The translations under genes and the position numbers were made by a program. Of a stretch of 64,000 nucleotides of DNA, positions 1-8,887 are shown piece after piece; the stretch's first letter is position 1; each line of letters begins with the position of its first letter. The stretch lies in assembly GCA_050633245.1 (NCBI GenBank), contig JBOEGD010000024.1, positions 64,001 through 128,000 on the forward strand, read 5' to 3'. Under the pieces are notes generated by a model. That model worked only from the letters and a program-made list of their open reading frames with translations. It was not told the origin of the DNA and did no database searches. Origin of the DNA: Calditrichia bacterium. Its GTDB lineage: Bacteria > Calditrichota > Calditrichia > RBG-13-44-9 > J075.

Positions 1-177
1 CAGAAGATAGTAGTTCCAGCCGATTTCAATCCATATAGCAGGCAGGTTTTTAGGTGAGTCAGCCAACTCTTTTTCAATGTGATGATAATCCTCAAGCGCC
101 TTTGTATAGTTCTGAGCCATAAAGGCTTCCTGAGCGCGGCGAAGAATATCCAGAATATCTTTGCGAACCTGTTTCAT
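1..177 (-). CDS. TPR-like protein, N-terminal part (runs off window)
   Basis: Manual translation from ATG 177: MKQVRKDILDILRRAQEAFMAQNYTKALEDYHHIEKEL...WIEIGWNYYLL. Open to the window edge with a TPR-like helical pattern. Not in the ORF track. Confidence 0.7.
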   Translation of the reverse strand, partial: MKQVRKDILDILRRAQEAFMAQNYTKALEDYHHIEKELADSPKNLPAIWIEIGWNYYLL

Positions 178-336
178 AATTTTCTACTTGAAAATCTTTG
201 GTTTCATGATGTATTATCAGAAGGCGCTTCAGCAGAATGACCTGTTGCCTTTTTCTCGCCTTCCAAGATATTAAACAAAGCAATAGCATGATAAAATACA
301 ATATGGTTTTTAAATAGTTAGAATAAAGGAGCAAAA

Positions 337-1503
337 ATGAGCGATGTTCAAAACAGCATACCGCCAGTTACTGCCTTCACCGAGGAAGAGGAAATGTTTC
401 GCAGCGCGATCCTTGAATTTGCAGAAGAGCAGATAAAACCTCACGTGATGGAAATGGATCAGAAGGCCGAGTTCAAAAGGGATATTCTCAGCCAGTTTTT
501 TGATTTGGGCCTGATGGGAATAGAGATTCCGGAAGAATATGGTGGAACAGGCAGTAACTTTTTTACCTCCATCCTGGCGATCGAGGCTATGGCGCAAATT
601 GATGCGTCTGCTGCGATTTTTGTTGACGTGCAAAACACGCTGGTGAACAATGCCTTTTTACGTTACGGCAATGAAGAAATTAAACGTAAGTACTTGCCTC
701 AACTCGCCAGTGAGAAGGTTGGTTCATACTGTCTGTCTGAAGCTAGTTCTGGAAGCGATGCTTTCGCGTTAAAAACACGTGCTGAAGACAAGGGCAGCCA
801 CTGGTTGTTGAACGGAAGCAAGATGTGGATAACCAATGCTGCCGAAGCAGATATATTTCTAGTGTTCGCAAATGCTGCGCCCGAGAAAGGATATAAGGGA
901 ATCACCGCATTTGTAATTGAACGAGACTTTGAAGGTTTATCTATTGGCAAAAAGGAAGATAAACTGGGAATTCGTGCCAGTAGTACCGCTGAGGTTGTTA
1001 TGCAGAACTGTGTTGTTCCGAAAGATAACGTAATCGGAGAAGTTGGTAAGGGCTACAAATTTGCCATTGAAACGCTGAATGAGGGACGAATTGGTATTGG
1101 TGCTCAGATGCTGGGCGTAATGCAGGGCTCACTGGATGCCGGGATGCAATATGTAAAGGAGCGCGTGCAGTTTGGACAGGAGATTGCAAAGTTTCAGGGT
1201 GTGCAGTTCCAAATTGCTGAGGCATGGACGCTGATGGAGGCATCCCGACGTTTGGTTTACAATGCGGCGCGCATGAAGGATGCCGGTGAAGACTTTCTGA
1301 TTGAAGCGGCAATGGCAAAACTCTTTTCCTCTGTAAATGCAGAGAAGGTAACATCTTTGGTTGTCGAGCTTTTTGGCGGTTATGGATTTACGAAGGAATT
1401 CCCTGCAGAAAAGTTTTATCGCGATGCTAAAATCGGGCAAATTTATGAGGGCACATCCAATATGCAGAAGGCGACAATTGCCAAGTATCTACTATTTAAA
1501 TAG
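337..1503 (+). CDS. acyl-CoA dehydrogenase (short/branched-chain type)
   Basis: YCLSEASSGSDA, GSKMWITNA, EDKLGIRASST, GGYGFTKEFPAEKFYRDAKIGQIYEGTSN motifs; AAGGAG RBS. Confidence 0.95.
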   Translation: MSDVQNSIPPVTAFTEEEEMFRSAILEFAEEQIKPHVMEMDQKAEFKRDILSQFFDLGLMGIEIPEEYGGTGSNFFTSILAIEAMAQIDASAAIFVDVQNTLVNNAFLRYGNEEIKRKYLPQLASEKVGSYCLSEASSGSDAFALKTRAEDKGSHWLLNGSKMWITNAAEADIFLVFANAAPEKGYKGITAFVIERDFEGLSIGKKEDKLGIRASSTAEVVMQNCVVPKDNVIGEVGKGYKFAIETLNEGRIGIGAQMLGVMQGSLDAGMQYVKERVQFGQEIAKFQGVQFQIAEAWTLMEASRRLVYNAARMKDAGEDFLIEAAMAKLFSSVNAEKVTSLVVELFGGYGFTKEFPAEKFYRDAKIGQIYEGTSNMQKATIAKYLLFK

Positions 1504-1831
1504 CATAAAATAATCTGTGGCCTTACTGTTATAGGCTGCTGACTATCGTCTTATTAGCAAAGCGAAAATCGTTCAATGTGTTTTTTGAGCGATTTTCGCT
1601 TTTTATATTGTGTTGAAAATAAAGCGATTATGGCGAAAAATAGTACATCTCAAAATAAATGTAAAAAAAGTCTGCTTCTTCTTAAAGAGAGGTTTCCATT
1701 GCCGATAGTAGAGACAGGGTTGAGGGAGCAAAAGGAGTTGGGAATGCTGCTGGAGCTGTTTTGTTACAGGGATGTAATCAGCGTGCATAGGGAGGTTCAG
1801 AACGCAGCATTCCCGCCTTTATTTGAGAAAG

Positions 1832-3241
1832 TCAAAATTTTGCTATCGCCTCTAGAATTGTTTTCCATGCCAGTTCAATATGTTTAAGCTCTACATTCGT
1901 TTGTCCAATAACCATTCGTAGCGTATAAACACCATCCAACTTTGTATGCGTCAAATACATATTCTCTGAACCGTTTAAATCTTGAAGAAGCATTTGGTTT
2001 ATTTTGTTTTGCTCTTCCACGGTTGTTCCCTTTGGACAGTAGTGAAAGCAAATGGTATTGAGTGGAGCCGGTGCCAATAATTTAAAAGACGGATGCGATT
2101 CTATCCAGCCGGTAAAGGTCTCCGCCAGCTTTAAATGGTGACGCAGCTTTTGCTGAATCCCCTCGATGCCAAACGAGCGAATCACGAACCAAAGCTTTAA
2201 TGCGCGAAAACGCCTGCCCAGCGCAACCCCCCAATCGCGATAATTGTTCACCTGAGAATCTTCTGCTGTTTTCAAATACTCGGGCAGAATTTCAAACGTA
2301 CGAATTAGTGCTGCTTTATCTTTTACATAGTATGCCGAACAATCGAAGTTGGTGAACATCCATTTGTGTGGATTGAAGACAAAGCTATCTGCTTCGTCAA
2401 TTCCCTCAAGAATCCAACGTTTCTCTGGCAGAATAGCAGCTGTTCCGGCATAAGCTGCATCGACGTGCAGCCAAATTTTTTCTCTTTTACAAATGGCTGC
2501 AATGTCAACAAGTGGATCGATAGCTGTTGAGCCGGTGGTGCCGCAGGTCGAAATGACACAAAGTGGTTGAAGCCCGTTTTTGATATCTTCTGCAATCATT
2601 TTTTCAAGTGATAATGGCAGCATGGCAAATTCTTTATTCACGGCGATCTTACGCAAATTGTTGCTGCCAATACCCGCGATTTTTACCGCCTTGTCTATTG
2701 AGGAGTGGGTTTGTTCGGAGCAGTATACCACATAGCGCTGATCTGCAAAACCATCACTGTTTATCTGAAAGTTGCTTGCTTGTTCACGCGCAGACAAAAT
2801 TGCGCAAAGTGTTGCCGCCGAGGCGGTATCTTGGATAACCCCGGTAAAATGTGCAGGCAGCCCAAGCATCGATCGTAACCATTCCATCATCCGTTCTTCC
2901 AGCTCTGCGGCTGCCGGAGAGGTTTGCCAAATCATGCATTGTGCTCCCATCGTCGCGGTTAACATTTCGGCAAGTAGCGAAGGATAAGAGCTGTTCGCTG
3001 GAAAATATGCAAAAAAGCCCGGGTGTTGCCAATGCGTCATTCCCGGAACGATAATCGAATTAAAATCATCAAAAATGGACGTCATAGTTTCGGATGTCCT
3101 GGGCGGATTTGCTGGAATCTGATTCAGCGTATCGCCCGGCTGTTGCCGGGAGCGAACGGGCAGAGCTTCGATATTCTCCAGGTAGTCAGCCATCCAGTCT
3201 ACCATTTCATGTGCATGTTTGCGAAATTCACTGTTTTTCAT
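1832..3241 (-). CDS. group II PLP-dependent decarboxylase (aromatic L-amino acid/DOPA decarboxylase-like)
   Basis: PGMTHWQHP, SPAAAELE, WLHVDAAYAG, FNPHKW (PLP lysine), LGRRFRALKLW. Confidence 0.92.
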   Translation of the reverse strand: MKNSEFRKHAHEMVDWMADYLENIEALPVRSRQQPGDTLNQIPANPPRTSETMTSIFDDFNSIIVPGMTHWQHPGFFAYFPANSSYPSLLAEMLTATMGAQCMIWQTSPAAAELEERMMEWLRSMLGLPAHFTGVIQDTASAATLCAILSAREQASNFQINSDGFADQRYVVYCSEQTHSSIDKAVKIAGIGSNNLRKIAVNKEFAMLPLSLEKMIAEDIKNGLQPLCVISTCGTTGSTAIDPLVDIAAICKREKIWLHVDAAYAGTAAILPEKRWILEGIDEADSFVFNPHKWMFTNFDCSAYYVKDKAALIRTFEILPEYLKTAEDSQVNNYRDWGVALGRRFRALKLWFVIRSFGIEGIQQKLRHHLKLAETFTGWIESHPSFKLLAPAPLNTICFHYCPKGTTVEEQNKINQMLLQDLNGSENMYLTHTKLDGVYTLRMVIGQTNVELKHIELAWKTILEAIAKF

Positions 3242-3248
3242 ATATGCC

Positions 3249-4244
3249 TCACATAAGCTTTTTCAGACGGTTTAGATCCAGAATTTTTTCCTCTGGTATA
3301 AATGAAGCGACGTCATTTAGGTTTAGTTGTTCTATCGCTTTCTCTATTGCTTCTTCCTCGGACATCTGCAGGTTTGGGTTGAAGTCCAATCCGGTTTTTA
3401 CCAGCATGTCTTTCTCGATGAGTCCAACCACTTCGCAACCGGTGATACGTGTGCCAAACGATTTAGCAAGTTGCTGTGCCTCACGGTAGACGGCCGCGAG
3501 AGAAACGGATTTTGTATTTAAGATGTTGGTGGATATTTGTGCGCACTTAAACTCATCGACATACCAGCCCAATGCCTGAAGATGCTTGAATTTGCCAGGT
3601 TGGCGTACTCTGTTTCTGTTGGCATCTTTAACCAATCGTCCGGTTTCTCTAAGAATACCTGCGATTTCGGAAGCTATTGCGCTGTCTTTAGATGAAAGAT
3701 TCAGATTAAAAGCCAGCATAACGTTGCGAGCACCAACTATTGTTGCTCCGGAGGAAGAAGGTATTCTTGTTGGACCATAATCCGGTTTTGGTTGTTGTTC
3801 GCTAATGAGCCGCTCGTATCCACCACGCCTGATTGCTGCCAATCGACGCTTCTCTGTCGTTGCCTCTGCATAAAGAAACACCGGAATATTAAAGTCACTG
3901 GCAATTCGTTGCGCGAACTTATGCGATAAATCGATGCAGTCCTGCATTGTTGCATTGTGTAGTGGAATGAACGGACATACGTCCAGGGCGCCGATTCTAG
4001 GGTGCGTGCCGTGTTGTTTACGCATGTCTATATTGCCGATAGCAAGTTGAGCAACGGTAATTGCGGCGTTGAAAATTGCCGGAGGTGTTCCGACAATTGA
4101 AATGACAGAGCGATTTACGCTAAAACCCATTTCGTATCGGATAAGCAAAATTTGGGGGATTTGTTGAACTGCATGAACAATCTGCTTGAGCAAATTTTCA
4201 TTTTGTCCATCAGAAATGTTAGGGACACATTCGATGAGCTGCAT
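3249..4244 (-). CDS. ftcD: glutamate formiminotransferase (FT domain only)
   Basis: LIECVPNISDG N-terminus, HGTHPRIGALDVCPFIP, GCEVVGLI; no cyclodeaminase domain. Confidence 0.88.
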   Translation of the reverse strand: MQLIECVPNISDGQNENLLKQIVHAVQQIPQILLIRYEMGFSVNRSVISIVGTPPAIFNAAITVAQLAIGNIDMRKQHGTHPRIGALDVCPFIPLHNATMQDCIDLSHKFAQRIASDFNIPVFLYAEATTEKRRLAAIRRGGYERLISEQQPKPDYGPTRIPSSSGATIVGARNVMLAFNLNLSSKDSAIASEIAGILRETGRLVKDANRNRVRQPGKFKHLQALGWYVDEFKCAQISTNILNTKSVSLAAVYREAQQLAKSFGTRITGCEVVGLIEKDMLVKTGLDFNPNLQMSEEEAIEKAIEQLNLNDVASFIPEEKILDLNRLKKLM

Positions 4245-4328
4245 AGGCCGGGGGTTTTATGAGTCGATGAAAAGCTCCACTTGTAGAAATATACGGCTCG
4301 ATGGAGCTTTAAAGAAGGGGAAATTGGC

Positions 4329-5465
4329 CTATAAGAACCCGAGGCCAAAGTTGAAAAAGGTCATGCCACCGTTAAACGTTTTGTCGTAACGGTCTTCAAA
4401 ACGCGCATCACTACGCCCGACGCGTAAACGTAGCGCGATCTGACTGTTTGGGCCGCCAAGGCGAATGTGTATCTGTGAGCCATATGTAAATGCCAGAACG
4501 TGGGGTGTTGCTGTTCGTTCTCCAATAACTTGGTTAATACTTGGTTCTCCATCTCCTGTGTGAATATGCTGGATTGATACCCCGACAAAGGGTGTAAAAT
4601 CCAGCGAGTTTTTGGTGAAGCGATAGCCAAAGTCAAGAGATCCCAAATAAGACTTGTAGCGTGCCTCGGGAAACCAAAGACCATTACCCGCTACTTGCTC
4701 TCGTCGGGCATTTACTGGTTTCGTAAACTGATTGTTTATCATAAAGGCAAAGTCGCCATAATAGACATCCATAGTTAGTCCATACGACCATTGAGAAGGA
4801 AAGAGGCTGCCTAAATCGCCGCCGAACCTGCTGGTTCCGGTGAAAAATGTGAGTCCATACTGCCATTCACGAGGTGGATCGCTAATGAGCAAGGCTTCTT
4901 CGACAAAGGTAGACAATGTGGTATACGGATAGTCATCTACGTATTCAGCGACGGCCGTATTTACAATCTTTTTTTCAGGAGTATCTTTAAATCGCAGTAT
5001 AAAAACTCTGGCAAAATCGATCTCTGAATCTTCGGCACCATTCGCTTCAAATTTCTCTATAACACGATTGCTGTTTGACCACATATAGTTAAGAAGCTGA
5101 TTCTCAAGGCCATCATCAAAGAATAGCAGTTCATATCCCGGCTCCGGAATGGTCTCCAGATAATCGGTGGCGTATTTTTCCAATCCGCGAAAAAATGCAA
5201 GGTCACCGTTAATAAAGTGAATCAGGAAGCGTTCTTTTTGTGAAAGCCAGATTGTACGGTAGTATTGCTGATCTGTCTTACGGATAGTTGCATCAATTTG
5301 GTTGAGCTCATCTTTACTCAAATGCCAGGATATCTTACTACGCATATCTTCCAGGCGTTTGAGGTGTTTATTGACCTGAGGAACGATGACCTCTTCCTGA
5401 GCAATTAACTGGGTAGAAATTAGCCCTGCGATTAGCAATAGCAATAGCTTGTTCATCATATGCAT
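4329..5465 (-). CDS. secreted/outer-membrane protein with a probable C-terminal beta-barrel
   Basis: Signal peptide; alternating aromatic beta-strands in the C-terminal half ending FNFGLGFL. Confidence 0.6.
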   Translation of the reverse strand: MHMMNKLLLLLIAGLISTQLIAQEEVIVPQVNKHLKRLEDMRSKISWHLSKDELNQIDATIRKTDQQYYRTIWLSQKERFLIHFINGDLAFFRGLEKYATDYLETIPEPGYELLFFDDGLENQLLNYMWSNSNRVIEKFEANGAEDSEIDFARVFILRFKDTPEKKIVNTAVAEYVDDYPYTTLSTFVEEALLISDPPREWQYGLTFFTGTSRFGGDLGSLFPSQWSYGLTMDVYYGDFAFMINNQFTKPVNARREQVAGNGLWFPEARYKSYLGSLDFGYRFTKNSLDFTPFVGVSIQHIHTGDGEPSINQVIGERTATPHVLAFTYGSQIHIRLGGPNSQIALRLRVGRSDARFEDRYDKTFNGGMTFFNFGLGFL

Positions 5466-5663
5466 CTCCGAGGAGAGTAGTGATACATTTCAGCTTTTAA
5501 ATAATTATCGGCTGATGAGAATAGTTTTTCAATATCATGTTAAAAAAGAGACTGGGGATTGCATGAATAATACTTGTTGCACGCTATTAAAGCATAATGT
5601 CTTCTTGAAGATCATGCAATAAATATTCTTACCTTTAAATGATTTCATGTTGCCAAAGGTTCC

Positions 5664-6758
5664 CTAGATTCTCATAAATCGCTTACCCGGAAGTTGGCGA
5701 ATAAGTCCCATGAGTTCCAGTTTAAGCAGGCGGCTTAAAATTGAGGCCGATGACTCTTCCAGCTCCTGAACTAGGTGGTCGATATGAACCGGGTCGACGA
5801 CAAGTTCTTCTAAAAGTCGCCTTTCTCTTTTGTCCAGATTGGGTGGTATTATCCTGGCCTGATGCACAGGATCTTTTTGCAGCATGGGTAGCTCATCAAA
5901 GATGTCATCGGCAGATAGAACGAGCTTTGCCCCCTGTCTAATCAGGGCATTTGTTCCCTCACTTGCCGCGCTGTTAATATTCCCCGGAACGGCGAATACC
6001 TCACGGTTTTGCTCGAGCGCATAGTTGGTCGTTATTAACGCTCCGCTTTTCTTGCCGGCCTCAATAACCAAGACGCCCCTGCTGAGTCCGCTAATGATGC
6101 GATTGCGCTTTGGAAAATTCATGGCATCCGGGCCACTTCCAAAAAGGTATTCACTCAATAGTAGTTGATGCTCACAGAGTTCCCTATAAAGTCTCTTGTT
6201 TTCCGGAGGATAAATGCGATCGAGACCACAACCGAGTACGGCAATTGTTTGTCCACCCAGGCGAACGCAGGTTTCATGAGCGATCGTGTCTACGCCCCGC
6301 GCAAACCCACTGGCAATGCAAATGTTGTTTGAGCTTAGCTCTGCGGTCAGTTTTGCTGCTGCAAACTTGCCATACGCCGTTGGGTGACGTGTTCCAACAA
6401 TCCCAATCGTATTAAGCCATATTGCCGGCAAAACTCCGCGATAAAACAAAAACAATGGAGCATCGGAACAGGCTTTGAGCATGGGGGGGTAGGAATCATC
6501 CCATTTTGTAAGTAGGCCAATATTCTCCTTTTTCAGCCACTCCAGCTGTTTTTCGAAGACAGGCTGTACATAACCTTTTCGAATTCGAATTGCCTGCGCC
6601 CGATCGATACTTCTCAGGCTTGTCAATCTTCTAAGCGAAGCGTTGCATGCAGAATCTGCGCTGCCGAATTCACGTAGCAGGATACGGATTCTTGCAGAGC
6701 CAATTCCGTTGATTGTGCTGAGTTTTAGAATGTCGTTTATCTGGGGTTTAGATGTCAT
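5664..6758 (-). CDS. dprA: DNA-protecting protein DprA
   Basis: IVGTRHPTAYG, SGFARGVDTIAH, VLGCGLD, FPKRNRIISGLS, EAGKKSGALIT; C-terminal winged helix. Confidence 0.97.
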   Translation of the reverse strand: MTSKPQINDILKLSTINGIGSARIRILLREFGSADSACNASLRRLTSLRSIDRAQAIRIRKGYVQPVFEKQLEWLKKENIGLLTKWDDSYPPMLKACSDAPLFLFYRGVLPAIWLNTIGIVGTRHPTAYGKFAAAKLTAELSSNNICIASGFARGVDTIAHETCVRLGGQTIAVLGCGLDRIYPPENKRLYRELCEHQLLLSEYLFGSGPDAMNFPKRNRIISGLSRGVLVIEAGKKSGALITTNYALEQNREVFAVPGNINSAASEGTNALIRQGAKLVLSADDIFDELPMLQKDPVHQARIIPPNLDKRERRLLEELVVDPVHIDHLVQELEESSASILSRLLKLELMGLIRQLPGKRFMRI

Positions 6759-6763
6759 AGGCT

Positions 6764-7052
6764 AACATGGATGGATAAGATGAAAGAAAACATGGATGAA
6801 CAGAATAAAAAAACATGGATGAACAGAATAAAAAGAACATGAATGCGCTTGACCTGATGCGATGTTGACATGGATGAACAGAATAAAAAAACATGGATGA
6901 ACAGAATAAAAAGAATTTGGATGCGCTTGACCTGATGCGATGTTGACATGGATGAGTGAAATGAAAAAGAACATGGATAAACAGAATATTAAGGAATATG
7001 GATAAACAGCATATAAAGGAACATGGATGAAGGCATTATCGTTAATGGATGG
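6764..7052. repeat. degenerate tandem array of ~12 units of about 23-31 bp with core (A/G)ACATGGAT, including a near-perfect 78-bp duplication
   Basis: ACATGGATGAACAGAATAAAAA occurs 4 times. 6790-6867 is nearly identical to 6868-6945. Further diverged units extend to ~7052. Confidence 0.92.
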
Positions 7053-7091
7053 AATAATATTCAATGTAGAACCAATCGATCGGTGATATCT

Positions 7092-7478
7092 TTATGGAGT
7101 TACATGGTGATTCTTTGATCTGTTGAATCGCATATATTCAAGCTTTGGCCTGCCAAAATTTATGAGAAGACCAACTTCAATTCCCGATGCGTTTAAATAG
7201 TTTAAAACTTGTGCTTGATGTATGGGTTCGATTGCTTTTACGGCCTTTAATTCGACGATCACCTTTTGTTCAACAAACAGGTCTGCATAAAACTTTCCTA
7301 TGCAGCGTCCTCTGAAGAATACCTCCAGGGGGTATCGGTTATCTGCCTGAAGACCTTCTAAGCGGAGAGCTTGGAGCAAAGCGTTTTCATAAACGGTTTC
7401 AAGAAAACCTGCACCAAGTTCATTGCTCACCTCAAATGAGCATTTTAGTATGATGCTCGTGAGTTTATAGTGTTTCAT
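7092..7478 (-). CDS. GxxExxY protein (PD-(D/E)XK nuclease superfamily)
   Basis: GFLETVY motif, YADLFVEQKVIVELKA, QVLNYL, GLLINFG; 128 aa. Confidence 0.93.
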   Translation of the reverse strand: MKHYKLTSIILKCSFEVSNELGAGFLETVYENALLQALRLEGLQADNRYPLEVFFRGRCIGKFYADLFVEQKVIVELKAVKAIEPIHQAQVLNYLNASGIEVGLLINFGRPKLEYMRFNRSKNHHVTP

Positions 7479-7589
7479 TGTATGATTATCCGCAGAAATA
7501 GTGCAATCGCAGGGGAGTTATTATCTATTCTAAAAAACAGCGGTTTTTTGGGGAGATAATTTTTTTTACAGGGGAGGGGGGACGATAAT

Positions 7590-8615
7590 TTAGGTGAGAT
7601 CGGTATCTGTGTATTCTTCTTTCGCCTGAATATCCTGAAGATGTTTCCAAATGCGATCTTTGAGCTCGTCGAGATTCATTCTAGCTATGGATGAGATCGC
7701 CATCGCAGGGTAGGGGAGTTTTGGCCCGAGTTCTACCAGCCAATCGGTATCATCCCAGCTGTCTTTTTTGGTTAACACGACAAATGCCGGTTTACCAGCC
7801 AGAGTTTCCGAGTGCGTTGCAAGTTCGTTGCGGAGGGTTTCAAAGGTTTCAATCGGGTCTTCGATTTCCGGATCGAGCGGATCAATCATATAAAGCAGCA
7901 GGCGTGTTCGCTCGATATGTCGAAGAAATTGAAGCCCAAGCCCTTTACCCGCGCTGGCGCCTTCAATGAGGCCGGGAATGTCAGCCATGATGAAACTTTT
8001 GATCTCGCGGTACTTAACGAACCCCAGATTTGGCTTTAGAGTAGTGAAGGGATAGTCTGCAATTTTGGGTTTCGCTGAGGTGATATTAGCCAGCAAAGTT
8101 GATTTTCCGGCATTGGGTTTTCCAACCAAACCGACATCGGCAATCAGTTTTAGTTCGAAGATGACATCGACCTGCTCACCCTGCTTGCCGACCTCCCACT
8201 CGCGAGGTGAACGATGCGTGGAGGTAGCAAAACGAGCATTGCCGCGTCCGCCGAACCCGCCACGAACAATAGTGTAGCGCTGTCCCTCTTCGGTAAGATC
8301 TATAATGACTTCTTCCGTATTGGCATTTTTTACAACTGTGCCGGAAGGAACCTGAAGCACAATGTCTTTACCAGCCTTTCCATGCTTATCACTTCCTTTG
8401 CCGTGAACACCGCGTTCGGCCTTGTAGATTTTCTTGTAGCGATAATCTACCAGAGTATGAAGCTGTGGATTAACTTCGAGAATAATGCTGCCGCCACGTC
8501 CGCCGTCACCACCGTCGGGACCGCCTTTAGGCATGAACTTTTCCCGCCGGAAGCTCATGCAGCCGCTACCGCCTTGTCCTGCCTGAAGCGTTATTTTGAC
8601 GTAATCTAAAAACAT
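7590..8615 (-). CDS. obgE: GTPase ObgE/CgtA
   Basis: Start MFLDYVKI at ATG 8615; GGPDGGDGGRGG, GKPNAGKST, DYPFTT, DIPG. Confidence 0.97.
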   Translation of the reverse strand: MFLDYVKITLQAGQGGSGCMSFRREKFMPKGGPDGGDGGRGGSIILEVNPQLHTLVDYRYKKIYKAERGVHGKGSDKHGKAGKDIVLQVPSGTVVKNANTEEVIIDLTEEGQRYTIVRGGFGGRGNARFATSTHRSPREWEVGKQGEQVDVIFELKLIADVGLVGKPNAGKSTLLANITSAKPKIADYPFTTLKPNLGFVKYREIKSFIMADIPGLIEGASAGKGLGLQFLRHIERTRLLLYMIDPLDPEIEDPIETFETLRNELATHSETLAGKPAFVVLTKKDSWDDTDWLVELGPKLPYPAMAISSIARMNLDELKDRIWKHLQDIQAKEEYTDTDLT

Positions 8616-8887
8616 AAGTGGTCGGTCAATCCTATTGTCAGGTTCCTTTGTGCCGCACAAAATAGCCAGAAGCGAAGCCTCTGGCAAGAGGTTTGTCTTT
8701 CTTCTTGATAGAGAGGATTCGCAAAAGCTGTTTACGCTTTGATAAACGGATCACCATTTGGGGTAATTTATTGTGTATATTTAGGAAACATTACGGTCGA
8801 TGGTTAATTTAAGTATTGAATCATGGCAGCTTTTGTAGTATTATTTTTTTGATTTGAGTTCTATTTTAGTATGGGTTCCGGATAGTA

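Noticed and set aside
92-334. 80-aa ORF from the track
   Set aside because: Overlaps a more convincing TPR-like frame starting at 177 and runs into the acyl-CoA dehydrogenase RBS
1576-1887. Small ORFs (103 aa +, 61 aa -) between convergent genes
   Set aside because: No recognisable motif or RBS; probably spurious
6764-7052. CRISPR array
   Set aside because: Units are short and tandem with no unique spacers, and no cas genes are in the window
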